Below, in pieces: positions 1 through 12,694 of a stretch of DNA of 64,000 nt. The translations under genes and the position numbers were made by a program. Origin of the DNA: Vicugna vicugna (taxonomy: Eukaryota). Where the stretch lies: contig MU058463.1 of assembly GCA_013265495.1 (NCBI GenBank), positions 1,759,523 to 1,823,522 of the forward strand. Reading direction: 5' to 3'. The first letter of the stretch is position 1; every line of letters begins with the position of its first letter. Below the pieces are notes generated by a model. It worked only from the letters and a program-made list of their open reading frames with translations. It made no database searches and was not told the DNA's origin.

Positions 1-449
1 TTTAATAAAGTATGCAATGTCAATAAATTTGATTAGTGGTTCCTTTCAAATGAAAGTACAATCAAAACTGAATTTCTTCTTTTTTCCTGTTTCTGCACTT
101 CATCTCTATGAATATTTAGCAAGGATTCCTACTCATGCTTAGTGAGTGGTAAAAAGGATACTTTCAGTTTCAATAAAGAGATGTCTACTTTAGCTACTGT
201 TCGTCACAACACTTCTAGTATAATTCACTGGGACAGACTTCAATTATACTTGAAAGTCAAAGCATAATCCAGTTCAGAAAGACACTTCCAGGTGACCCTT
301 GATCTTTATTTCAATCAGTTACAGTTAAAATAATTCATTTTATTTCACTATGTTGGCAACCATCCTAAAGTGTTAGAATCACCAGCTATGCAAGAGGTGA
401 GTTGTAGTTTAAACGAAGCAATCATACAATAACTCAAATAAATCTAATA

Positions 450-764
450 AAGTCATCCCTCAGTATCCATGGGGAATTGGTTCCACGACCCTTGAAAATA
501 ACAAATTCCATGGATGCCCAAATCCCTTATGTAACATGGCATAGTATTTGCATATAACCTACGCACATCCTCCTGAATACTTAAAATCATCTCTAGATTA
601 CTTTTATTACCCACTACAATGTAAATGCTATGCAAATAGTTGCCAGCATGTAGCAAATTGAAGTTTTGCTTTCTGGAAGTTTCAGGAATTTTTCCCCAAA
701 TATTTTTGATCTGTGGTTGGTTGAATCCACAGACGCAGAAGCCACTCATATGAAGGGCCAGTTG
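450..764 (+). mobile_element. MER2/MER2B (TcMar-Tigger MITE)
   Basis: Ends agtcatccctcagtatcc ... gaagggccagttg form degenerate TIRs with flanking TA; internal gtatttgcatataacctacgcacatcctcc and aaatcatctctagattac match MER2 as I recall it. Confidence 0.9.
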
Positions 765-1467
765 TATTTATAATTTTTTATTACCTTGACTTTAGTGTAT
801 TTTTCATATTTTTCATGTCTGTTTATCTCTCAATCATCTATCTTGCTAGATCCATCCTAGGATTAAGTTGGCCATGGTTCTCATATTTATCCAAGAAAAG
901 TGTGGAAAGATACATAGAATAGAATCTTTTATTCTGGGCCATCCTGCAAGGGAAGCTTGATTCTTCAGTGAAACACAGGAAGGATCTGCTTAAAGAAGTG
1001 TAACGATGTCTCACAAGCCACAGTAGCAACATTTAGTAGGGGAAGTGAAGAATTTATTTTTCAGCTGAAACTGTGAGGAGAATTTTTAGGGAGAAAGGGG
1101 AAGGTATAATTATGTGGTTTGGAATTTGGCCAGGGCACCGGAATTCATACCTCTCCACTTTTAAGATGTGTCACAGACCCTTTAATTACCTGAAGAGGAT
1201 CAGGACCTCTGTTTTCTGTCTATCCCATCAAAAAGACAACACATTTTGTTACACATTCACCCAGGGAGTCTTTGAATTTTAAATTTTACTGAGCAGTATG
1301 AAGAAATCACCTTAATCTTGCCTATTGAAATATTTTGGGTTTTTTTTTTTTTTTGAAATCCTGACTTACACAGATGGCAAAGTAAGGGCCATCCTTTCAC
1401 AGGAGGATGACCACAGGTGTCCATGGGGTTCTCAGGAAAAAGCCTGAGGCCACTAGCTACTTGTAAT

Positions 1468-1676
1468 CAGACTGCTTGACTTGACATTGACCATACCAAC
1501 TTACTATCTGCAAATCTTGAATGTATTGTTAACCTTTACTTGAGCTTCAGTTTCCTAATGTATAAAATAAGCAATATACATTTTTTATATGTATAAGATA
1601 GTGTTCAAAAAGTTCTTAGCCTTATACTTGGAAATAGCAAACAGTCAGTGAAAGTTAAGTATTATGATTATTATTT
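1468..1676 (+). mobile_element. MIR SINE
   Basis: Core tgagcttcagtttcctaatgtataaaat and 3' tail gtattatgattattatt. Confidence 0.7.
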
Positions 1677-1764
1677 CCAGGGCTTCTCTAGCTCTTAAAC
1701 CTGGCACACGGTAGGCTACGCGCTGTAGAGAAGTGGTAGGATCCCAGCTAATAAATAAACATGA

Positions 1765-1932
1765 CAGTCTGACTATGAAGAGCTTTGTACACCAGGCTAA
1801 GAAGTTTAGATCCTATCCTGCAAGCAATGGGAACCACTGAAGGGTTCTAATCAGGGGAATGGCAGGATGACATTTGTGTCTTAGATGCAGGGCTCTGGTT
1901 GCAGGGTAGTGGAGGGATTCGGGCTGGAAACC
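1765..1932 (-). mobile_element. L2 LINE fragment
   Basis: ggctaagaagtttagatcctatcctgcaagcaatgggaaccactgaagggttctaatcaggggaatggcaggat is typical antisense L2. Confidence 0.75.
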
Positions 1933-4162
1933 ATCTCCATCCAATACATTGCAGACTTGTCTGTCTCCTCAAAGACAGCAAGAACCTAATCTAATCTCAG
2001 TTACTGGGTTGCTGTACAATGTTTTGATGCCCTCATCGTCCTCTGAGAGACATTAAATTGTTCCATCTTTATAGAAAATGACCCCAACTTCTCTGTTCAC
2101 TTTTTGTCTGCATCCTTTCCCCCAAGCCAGGCTGTTTTAGCTGCCTGCTTCCACATTTCAACATGCTTATTTATTATATTATTTCCATTTCTTATTTGTT
2201 ACTTCTAAGCTGTTATGAGGATTCAGGTAGCCAGTCTTGTTAGGATTATGGCTAAAACAATATTTGCTTGGCTAATAGAAACAGAATTTCAATAGAGATA
2301 TAATTCTACTTGCCAACATTCAATTTATACATTGTTATATATATAAAGCAAAACGAGCTACAAATGAGGGCAAAAGTGTTACAATTCTGACCATCACCAA
2401 CAGTGTGTAAATAGTTATTTGAAATGCTCTCTGCTCTGAAGCAAAGGAACCACGGATCAAGTCTTTGCCCTGCCTCCGAGTCACATTTTTCTCCACTGTA
2501 AACCATTCCCTTTCTAGCAATGGCTCTTCATCCCTACAGGCAGAGTAGAAACAGACAGAACTTTTTTTTTTTCATACCAATCATTCCTTTATGGGAAAAC
2601 ACCATTGATTTCCTGGAAAATAGGCATGGTTATTATGTTGGAGGTCAGCACTGAAGCATTATCACATGAAAATATTAAAAAAAAAAAAAGTCAGGTCATC
2701 GATTTAGCTGGTCTAATGTGAACTGTGTCAGTTTCAACCTCTAGGGCAATGAGTGAACCCTAATAACACTAATGAAAGGGAAAACAGAATTGAAATGGAA
2801 GGTGTCAAACCCGAGACAAGCCTCAGATAATGAGAGCCAAGGAGTAACTCCAGGACTGAGATGTCAAGTCCAGATGTTGGATTAAGGCCAAGGGACAGGA
2901 ACCAAAAGACGTGCCCAGAAGGGACAAATGAAAATATCTGTCTAGTATGGTCAGAGATCAGGAAACACAACAGATAGGAAAAAGGGAACACAAACGCTAG
3001 TGGCCTCAAGTCCAAGGGAACAGTAGGAACCTGGAGAAAATACAGGAGTGAAGAAGGAAACACACAGAGAATAAATCTGGGGTGAAAGAGCCAAGCTCCC
3101 AATCATCAAGGCCAGTTTCTGCCTCACTTCCGTAATCTCTCTATGCTTTCTAATCATGGCAGGAACCAAGGAGACTGTGACCCTCCTGGACACTCCCTGT
3201 TAGTGTCGCTGTTACCTTTCGCTGTACCAGTTAGGAGTGGGAGGTAGGAGTGGCAGCTTCTGGTATCAGACTTGATGCTGAGGAGATGGGCTGCGGAGAG
3301 CGAGAGTATATGGGAGTGTATTAGAATGACTAGCGGGAGATGGTCTCATGTGTAGGGCTGGAGGGGGCAGCAGGAGGCCCTGAGGACTTGGGAGAGATGT
3401 TAAAAGTCGGCCAAAGAAGGATGCAAATTACACTTCTTCACAAATTTACCAAAGACCTACTCTAGAACTGTTAAGTGGCTTACTAAGTCCCCCATTTTAA
3501 AACCTCTAATAAGGGAATACACTTCCAAGCCCCATGGATTGTCTCAAAGACACCTTAAAAGTCTCAGTGATGAATATAAGTGCCATGAATAACAAAAGTG
3601 GTGCTGTGTTTTGTTGAAAGCCTACTCTTGGAAATGGATATTTGACGTTTTCAACAATCTTGTATAGTTTCTCACAAGTCATGCATCAATAATGCATTAA
3701 TAGTGCTTTAAAATAACTCCAAAATCTGTTACCACTAAAAACAATTGTCTGTCTTGAATAGATGTCTAATTTTGAAAGGAAATGGCTTCACTTTTGAAAA
3801 TGAGACAGCTGTAAAAATTATATGTATGTACACATTTATGTACAGTACAGATTCTTCAAAAGGATTCTCAGTGGAGAAGAAATACCAATCTATTCTTCAA
3901 AGACATCATACAATAGTTTGGAATATATATAAAATAATTCATCCACAAAATTTATCTGATCATTTGTATTTTGAGAGTCTATCATATTCAATATCACCAG
4001 TATATCTAGTTATAGAAATATGCCTTTATGCATAAGAAACAAAGATGAATGACAGTACCCAGTTCTCCCACTGAAACAATTTTAGTGCAGTTTAATGGAA
4101 TTAAAGCCTAATATTTCAGAGAAGAATTATCCTGCTGGCAAAACAATCCCATACATAACCTA

Positions 4163-4295
4163 CTTCCCTCCCTCCCTCCCTCCGCCCCTCCTTCATTCCT
4201 CCCTCCCTCCCTTCCTTCCTTCGTTCCTTCTTTCCTTCCTTCCTTCCTTTCTTCTTTCCTCTCCTCTCTCTTTCTCTCTGTATTTTTTCTTTCTC
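4163..4295. repeat. (CCTT)n/(CCCT)n polypyrimidine microsatellite
   Basis: Seen directly. Confidence 0.9.
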
Positions 4296-4359
4296 TACCA
4301 GAAATGTTGTTATCCAGCACAGAACCACTGGAGAACAAATAGCTAAAAATCATGATGAT

Positions 4360-4830
4360 AACTGTTTCTTGGATGCTTGATATGTTTCAAGGCTCTGTGA
4401 TCACAGGTGCAGATACAACTGTGGCCGAGACATGGACGCACTGTCACGGTTCACAGGCTAGTGTGGATCCAGATAAAGAGAGAGGACTTTTCAATACAGC
4501 ACGAGGTGCCCAAGAGACATGATGTGCTATGGGAAAACATGAGAGAATCACAGGATCTGTGCTTGGGGGTGACAAGGCTTCCCAAGGAGGTGGCAAGTAA
4601 GTGGAGACATGTGAATGAACAGGCGTCAGTGCTTTGTTTTGGAATAAGGAAGGGAGAGATGGACAAAAAGTGTTCTAGGCAGAGAAAATATTCATAAAAA
4701 CTCAGAGGCAAGAAAGAGCATAAAGAATATGAAAGACTCGCAGGGCCAGGGATCTGCAGGGGCGGAGTGGGCAGTGGGGGCCGGCACGTGGCTCAGCAGT
4801 GAGGGATGAGGTGGAGGGGTCTTCTGATAA
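4360..4830 (-). mobile_element. L2 3' region, degraded
   Basis: gtgctatgggaaaaca...aaggcttcccaaggaggtggcaagtaagtggagac...gtgttctaggcagagaaaa. Confidence 0.65.
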
Positions 4831-5526
4831 TTGCTGTGGACTTTGGACTTAAAGAAAAGTGAGAATAAAAATGCTCATGAACACATATATTTAATCATGT
4901 CCAGATTACCTAAATATCTAGAATGCTTACTAATTTCTGTTTTTAAGCACATCCTGGCAAAAATCAAACTAGCTCAGCAGCAGAGGCGTAAGGAAGCATC
5001 CAGTTCAGAGACCAAGGGCTCTATCAACCACAGATTTTTACTTATTTTTTTCTCTACCAATGGCTAAAATAATGTGACAATACTCAAATGGAGACTCAAC
5101 AGACTTGAGAAATAGTTTGGAATCATCATGTAAGCTATTTTAACCCTGAATTATACAATATTTGAAATTACATAAATCTTCCCCAGGCAGGGGTTCTGGA
5201 AACCCTTAAGACCTCTGTGCACACTGCAACAATTGCTGCCAAAGGAACTCCCTGAATAAGGGGAGGCAGACCATCGGGAACAGGAAACGAGGAGTCCTGG
5301 AAGGAGGCATGCAAGTTTGCACAGACGTATCTGCCCAGATCCCACGGGTAACTGGAGTAATGCAAAGATGAAATAATGAGTTGTTAGCTTTTTGTTTTTC
5401 TATTTCCTTTTGATTAAATTTCGACTGGAAATTTTTTTCAAGAACTATCTAATGTAATGACATTTGAATATCCCCAAAAGAAAGGAAATTCATCCTCATT
5501 GCTCTGTGGGTTATTACTGTTTAGAG

Positions 5527-5700
5527 CAATGGTCCTTAGCCTATTTTGAGTGCATAGAGCATTATGCGAAATCATTGAATCTGGACCCTTGACCTTTAAA
5601 TATACAAATATATAAATGTAATCACATGCACACACACACACAATTCTACCTAGAATTTCAGAAGGCTCACAGATTCCCATGGTCTATCCACAGACCCAGA
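5527..5700. mobile_element. hAT-Charlie MITE (MER103-like)
   Basis: cacacacacaattctacctagaatttcagaaggctcacagattcccatggtctatccacagacccag resembles this family. Confidence 0.5.
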
Positions 5701-5704
5701 CAAA

Positions 5705-5955
5705 TAATGTAATCATAGTAATATTGACTGAATGTGTACTATATGCCAAGCACTCAGCTTAACACTTTAGATGCTTTGTGTCATTCAACCCTCACAATAA
5801 TTATCTGATATGGTTATTAGTATCCCCATTTTAAAGATGAGTAAATTGACGCTAAGAGAGGCTAACTAACATGCCCAAGGTTATTCAGATAGAATGGAGC
5901 TGTTATTAAAGTGTAGTCAGGCCATCTCCAGAGTCCAAGCTCTTAATCACTGCCC
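5705..5955 (-). mobile_element. MIR SINE, near full length
   Basis: tatccccattttaaagatgagtaaattgacgctaagagaggctaactaacatgcccaagg...ctccagagtccaagctcttaatcactgc. Confidence 0.85.
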
Positions 5956-6169
5956 AGATGCCCAATCACATTTACAGCTGAATGATACAGAATGACATGG
6001 AAATCTGACTATACTCAGAGCTAAGAGCCATAGCTCTCATTCTGGTTGGGCTCTTTAAAGTCAAAACAAGATAAAATAAAAGTTTTTAAATCATTTTAAG
6101 GAGTCAGAAAATGCATAGAAGGAAAACAATATCAAAATCATTCATAATCAGTGAGACAGGGATACATGT

Positions 6170-6430
6170 TAACATTGTAAAGTTTATTGAATAACTTCTA
6201 TGTGCAGAAAACTAGACTTAAGGTTTTATAAGCATCATCTCACTTGATCTTCATGGTATTAACTTAGGGAAGTATCCGACTTTTATTCTTACTTTACAGA
6301 GTAGAACGCAGGCTCAGGGTGAACAAGTAATTGATTCCAAATTATATAGTCAATGATTATGTGGTAAATCCAGAAATTATACTTCATTCTATTTCACTGC
6401 AAACTCATACTCTTAATCAATTTGCCATAT
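6170..6430 (-). mobile_element. MIR SINE
   Basis: ttattcttactttacagagtagaacgcaggctcagggtgaacaagtaatt...ctcatactcttaatc. Confidence 0.65.
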
Positions 6431-7388
6431 TGACTCATTTTCTAATACATCTTTCCAAATATTTATTTCTAGGCATAAATATCTATACATGAATGCATAC
6501 TTTAAAAATACAGCATGCTAAATAGATACTTTTATAGTCATATATTGAAATTTCCATATTAATATATAAGTTACTCACAAGTATATTTCTATGGAAATGC
6601 TTTTTAATGTAGTAGTGTAGTAGTCCAATTAATGGATTATCATGATTTGTGGACTACTTTCAGTTTAAATATTCATGTTGTTTCTAATTTTTAATGGATC
6701 ATTTACTTCTACATAAAATTATAATTCTACTCCTTCATATTAAATGGGGATAATAGCATTGTTCTATCCATCATAGAGTTAGTATGAAGACTGAATCAAA
6801 TAATACGTAAGAGTAAATCCAGTGAGGGAAAGCAATGTCTTACTATCATTTTTCTTTTGAGGAAGGAAACATGCCTAGGCAGCAGGAAAATGAAATGGTC
6901 ATTTTGTGCACACAAATGAAACCATGATCTTGTGAAAATTCTCAAGTGCTCTACTTTATCACCTGTGAACTCTATGCTTTACCACCCAAAAGTATATATG
7001 TATGAAATTATGATTTTGGTTTTGAGCATAAGACACTCAGATTGCCAAAAATACTAGCTGGTAATATAACTGATTTAAAAAAAAAAAAGGATAACCACAG
7101 ACTGTGAAATTTTAAGTACCATTCGCACAGCCTCAGTGCTGGTTGGGGTAGGGGCTGGGGAGAATGAGAATAAAAGAAGAGTTAGCACTTCATCATACAA
7201 ATAAACGTATTTGTACAAAATAATTTATCAGTAAACCATTCTGTGAAATTTTTCTTAGACCTTAGGCCTTAGTAGTAATAAAACTGCATGACCAAAACTG
7301 AATTTGCACTTGCCATCTGAATATATACTTTTGCCTTCTTTAAAAATCTGATTCAAATATATAAATTACTAATCAACATGGAGGTACG

Positions 7389-7667
7389 TAGAAACAAACT
7401 TAGGTTACCAAAGGGGCAAGTGGGGATAAATTAGGAGTTTGGGATTAGCAGATACACACTACTCTATACAAAAGAGATAAACAACAAAGTTCTATGGTAT
7501 AGTGCAGGGAACTATATTCAGTATCTTGTAATAACCTATAATGAAAAAGGATGTGAAAAAGAATATGCATGTATATGTATGACTGAATCACTATGCTGTA
7601 CACCAGAAACTAACACAACTTGGTAAATCAACTGTACGTCAATAAAAAAGAGAAACAAAAGCAAAAC
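7389..7667 (+). mobile_element. 5'-truncated L1 3' end (artiodactyl-type) with 12-bp TSD
   Basis: L1 3'UTR (aaacttaggttaccaaagggg...gactgaatcactatgctgtacaccagaaactaacacaac...aataaaaaa); TSD catggaggtacg at 7377-7388 and 7668-7679. Confidence 0.92.
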
Positions 7668-7967
7668 CATGGAGGTACGATTGGGGATTCCCATTCGTAG
7701 GTTCAGAGGGTTATTATCACATTTGTCTATCGAGTGACTGGCAGGACAGCCCCATCCCCATTTGAACTGGGACGTTACTGGTGTGCTTTATCTTAGAGAA
7801 AGCACAGGGATACCCGGGGGAGGGGGTCGCTCTCCTCTCTCCTCGTCACCACACCCCTATTAAATCCTCCTCTCAGACTTTCTCTGACTCTCAATGGCAT
7901 CTCCAACTTCACTGCTTTGCAAAGTGAAGTGTATAAAGAAGCTGCCCCTCAAATACTGATTCAAACT

Positions 7968-8150
7968 TAGAATCATAGATTTTATATCTGGAAGGGCCAT
8001 CTAGCCATGACTGAGACTGGCTGTCTCTCTGGTTACGTAAAGTGATGTAACTTCCATTTTACAACTAGACACATGGAGACTTGAAAGCTTAAATGACTTG
8101 TCCAGAATTTCCCAGGTAGGAGACCAGAAGCCAAGTTTTCTGATTCCTTG
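7968..8150 (-). mobile_element. MIR/MIR3 fragment
   Basis: tagaatcatagatttta...ccattttacaactagacacatggagac...ttaaatgacttgtccaga. Confidence 0.55.
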
Positions 8151-8573
8151 GGCAATAAAAATGATACCAAAATTGATGAAGGTTAAAAATACATATATTT
8201 CAAAGAAAAGAGTAAAAATGTTTGGCTGAGTATTTTTATTTCCCTACATAATTTCACTTCGAGTAGCTTTTGAATGAGGACAAAGCTGTTTTTATGTCAT
8301 TTTATTCATAGGAAAATAAGTTCTGCCGCTGAAATCTACAATGTTTTCCAGATTTGCAAATTAACAAACCTGATGAGATGCATCTGTTTTCAGATGTAGA
8401 CAGAAGGAAGAATGACTCACTGAGTACTTTATAAATGCAAGAAGGGTCCCTACAGAAAATGCTAACAAGCAATGGGAAGGACCAAAACCAGGTGCCAAGA
8501 ACAGAAGAAAGGGGCTGAGTCCTTCACATGAAAGTGAATCAGTCTTCAGCCCGGGGCTGCCAGGTTATGAGGG

Positions 8574-8602
<29 letters not shown>
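8574..8602. repeat. poly(A) run (~29 A)
   Basis: Seen directly. Confidence 0.9.
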
Positions 8603-8605
<3 letters not shown>

Positions 8606-9169
8606 ATCAGATGAGTAAGGAAGAAGAAAAGTGAAATCTGAGAAAGGTCACCAGGAAAAAAAAAAAATCTGTATATGAGAGAGAGCTCACCACAACAAAC
8701 AGAAGGGAGAAGAGGAAATGGTATCAATTTTTAAACTTCACATAAGAAACATACCTACTTTAATCAGACCCTGTCCCTTGTCCCTCACAGCAATATTCCA
8801 TCTGGCTGGGCAGGTCACTGACAGATTACATATGCCACCTCCTCTGCAACTTTCTGTAAATTATCCCTGCTTTGAATATCTTTTGGAAACTTTTAGTCAA
8901 TGAAAACATTGCTTTTCCACCTTTTGAGTCATTTCTCCCACAACCTTAACATTTAAGGATTTTTTAAAACTCTTTTTAATTGCAAATAAATAGATTATAT
9001 GATATATAAAGATTTTATAGCTGTTAAATTTTTTCAGCAGAGATTGCCGACTGCTTACCGTGCGCCAGGACCCAGTTTTAGGTGCTGTGTTCTTGCCGGC
9101 TTTCAGGCAAGTGGCTGTAAACACCTCTACATAAATTATCAAGGAGCACTCACTTTTCAAGAAACATGT

Positions 9170-10200
9170 AAATAGACTCTATTTTACAATAGTTTTAGAG
9201 CTACAGGAACATTAAAAAAGTAGTACCCTATATACTCTTCACCAAGGTTGCCCCCCTGTTATCATCTTATGTTCCTATGGCACATTTATGACAAATAAGG
9301 ACCCAATGTTTAGATGTCACTATTAATGAAACTCCACACTTTATTTGATTTCACTTGTTTTTCCCTAAAGTCCTCTTGGCTGTTTCAGGATCTCATCCAG
9401 GGCACGTGACATTTAGTTATCATGTCTTCTTAGGCCCCTCTTGGCTGGGACAGTTGCTCAGACTTTCCTGGGTTTTAGTGACCTTGACATTTTTGAGTAG
9501 AACTGGTGAGGTGTTTTGTAGAATGTTCAAGGTACGTTTGTCAGATGTTTGGTCATAGTTAGACCCAGACTATGAGTTTTGAGAAGAATATCACAGAAGT
9601 GAAATCTCCTTCTCACAACATTGTATCAGAGGATATATGACATCAAAGTGCCGCATCACTGCTGAATTTAACCCTGAACACTTGCTTAAGGCGCCGTTTG
9701 CCAGGTCTCTCTACAGCAGAGTTACTCTTTCTCCCTGTCTATATTCTATTCACTTAGCAAGACATTAAATTCAGCCAAAACTTAAGGAATGGAAGTAGGG
9801 GTGGGGGTAAATTAAACTCCATCTCCTGGGAGAGGGAGTATCTGTCTGTACATATATATTTGAAATTCGTCTGTAAGGAAAATGTATCTTTTCTGCTCCA
9901 TTTATTTATTTAAATGGATTATATATGTGTTAGTCTACTTACATACTTTGGGCTGGCTATCCAAAGCTATGTTTTTCATTTTGTTGTTTCAATTGTTACA
10001 GCTTTGACCATTGGTGGCCCTTCCATGTTGGCTTTTGTGTTCTTTGTTATGTCCTTAACTTTGATTGTTTGAGCACTTTCTTACTTTCTGGTCCCAGGAG
10101 GCATTCCAGGCTCATCTTGTACATTTTCTGTCTCAGCCTTAGGATCAATTTTGCAGTGAGTCCTGGCTCCTTTTATTGGAGCATGGTATTACAAACCAAG
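9170..10200 (-). mobile_element. Old L1 (L1MC/L1MD-type) 3' region
   Basis: ctcagactttcctgggttttagtgaccttgacatttttgagtagaactggtgaggtgttttgtagaatg and ttgagcactttcttactttctgg...ttccaggctcatcttgtacatttt. Confidence 0.8.
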
Positions 10201-11129
10201 GGAAAGAGAAAGAGTCTTGTTTATAACACTGCAAGGATCTGGTTTTCCCTTTGGAAGATTTTTTTATTTAAGGACTAAACTGTCTGGCTCAGGGAAAAAT
10301 AGCTTTTTCTACTGCTAAATGCTCTTAAGACAGCCAAGGGACTGGCTTCTTCTTGAACAGTGGGCAGAGAACGAATGTGGGCTTGATCAGACAGTAAATG
10401 GGAATCATATTTATTATTTGAACAATTTGAAAAGATTAATGGGAAAATCGCTGTGAAACTATTCTCCACAAGCAGCCCTTGAAAACTCTAACCACAGCTG
10501 GACCTTTTAAATTATTACCATCTCCACCATCATTCAGCCTTCCAGTTCCCGAGTGGCATAAGTTGTAGAAAACAGATATCTATTATACGGTTTTTATTCA
10601 TAAGCCCATCTTTATTAGATGGCTACACATTTTAATTACTGAGTTCATAAGTACAGCTCCTTATTGCAGGCTGTTCCCTCTGCCAGCTGCTTTACACACA
10701 TATTCTCGTATTTGATGAGACACCAGAAGTAGGATTTGAGATGCAACGTATTTATGAGCCCAGAGTCAAAATCATGTGCAAAAACCAAAACGCTAAAAAA
10801 AAAACCTCCTCACCTCTGCCACATTCTAAACAACCAAAAGTAAGAGGTAAAGATTAGATTTTAACCTTTTTTATAAGTTAATTTAAGAAATAACATAAGC
10901 AAGGGAGAGCTTTTAACAAAGCACAGTGCTAGCAAGAACCGTAGGAGCAGTCACGCCACACTCTTTCATCTTCTAATGAAAGATCGGAGTTCACAAGAAC
11001 TGGCAGCTTTCCCACATCTTCACTCTGCTGATTGAGGGCAGAAGTGAGACTAGACTCAAGGCACTGGGTTCCCAGTTCCATGTGCTTAACCTCAACCCTG
11101 TTGTCTAAGTCATCAAGGTTTTGGGGTTT

Positions 11130-12039
11130 GGTTACCAATTTCAACATGTGGGGGGCATCCCCCCCCACATAAACAAACAACACTTTGGACACCAGCTGCA
11201 TGTTTCACAACTCAGCTCAGTTCTGACAATATCCACCCGGAGACAGTGTCAGATTCCACAAGGTAAATTTTCAGCCTGTAACACTGCACCCCCCCCCCAT
11301 GTCAACACCGAAGTCCAGGCTGTCAGCTGTACTTCTGACCAAACAGCTATACACTAGAAGTCCCACTGACCCCTTTATTGGACTTCAGACCACAATCACA
11401 AGTCCAGGTTGTTACCTGTACTTTTGATCAACTGGCTATAAACTAAGTTCCCATGACCCCCTCCTTTCTTGGGTTGGATTAATTTGCCAGAGTGGCTCAT
11501 AGAACTCAGAAAACATTTTAGATTACTGGTTTATTCTAAAAGAATATAGCTCAGGAATAACCAGATGGAAGAGATGCAAGATATGTGGGAAGAGGCACAG
11601 AGCTGCCATGCCCTCTCCAGGTGCCACTCGCCCCAAATCTCCGTGTTCACCAAGCTGAAATTTCTCTGAACTGAGTCCTTTGGGTTTTTAGGAAAGCTTC
11701 ATCACACAGGCACGATTGATTAAATCACTGGCCATTGACAATTGAACTCAATCTCCAGTCCCTCTCCTCTCCCCAAGGTCAGGGGGTGGAGTTGAAAGTT
11801 CCAGCCTTCCAATCACAGAGTCGGCTCCACTGGCAATCCGCCCCATCCTTAGGTGCAGTCCAAAGGTAACCTCATTAACGTAACAAAAGATAACTTAGTT
11901 CCTCTCAACACCTTGGAGATTCCAAGAGTTTTGAGAGCTGGGAGCCAGGAACCCTGGACAATGATCAAATATATTTGAAATGTATTTAGGTCACCTGAAT
12001 GACCATATTTATATTTTGGGTATAAATCACAATATCACA
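11130..12039 (-). mobile_element. MER21-family solo LTR
   Basis: Right end aaatcacaatatcaca is the reverse complement of the TGTGATATTGTGATTT LTR start; internal caccagctg...ttctgacaatatccacccggagacagtgtcagattccaca and gattgattaaatcactggccattg. Confidence 0.85.
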
Positions 12040-12616
12040 GCAGGGAAGGTGTAAACCCTAAAAATGCTGTATGCAGCTGGATGTAAACTTCTGGCTGTGA
12101 AATAAAAGGCTTATAGTATTAGCCTCCATGGCACTGGAACAGTCCGTATGAGTGTCCTCAGCCCTTCCTGCCTCTTCTCTCGCCTCCTTGCTTTCTTGCT
12201 CTTTTTCTTTTTTCTTTCTTCTTTTTTTCCTCCTACTTTCTCGCCTACTCACTTCTTCTTCTCTCTGATGTCCTATAAGCACTGGGACAGATGACATCTG
12301 GGTTAGAGCAGGGAGAAGGTGGAATAAATTGTCCCCTAGGCTGCTGTGAGATCAAAGATTTGCTAGATTTAGCTGATTGTTAAAAAGAAGCAGATAATTC
12401 TACCAGGAAGAGTGTGGTAGGGAGATAGTACTTAACTGTGCAGCCTTTCCCATTACTTGAAGCGAATTTCCTCAGAAAATAATCAGGTATTTGCCTGGTG
12501 ATAGCAGAATAATTATTCCTTTTTGCTTTCATTGGGATCAGGGACAGAGCAAGAGTTACCATCACTATGGAAAATTCAACCTTGTCCCCTAGCGTCCCCA
12601 CAGTTGTTCTTCCTCC

Positions 12617-12617
12617 T

Positions 12618-12649
<32 letters not shown>

Positions 12650-12694
12650 CAGAGACAGAGAGACAGAGAGACGCAGAGAGAGATACACACACAC
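12617..12694. repeat. Compound microsatellite (TG)n(GA/GAGACA)n(CA)n
   Basis: Seen directly. Confidence 0.9.

Noticed and set aside
2730..3200. Purine-rich segment possibly an ancient Gypsy-type LTR (similar texture at ~24300-24560 and ~38690-39010)
   Set aside because: No diagnostic termini or motifs I can assign without a Dfam search.
5197..5347. Possible + strand exon (ttccccag| ... cgg|gtaact)
   Set aside because: Isolated, moderate splice sites and no partner exons; consistent with a pseudo-exon.
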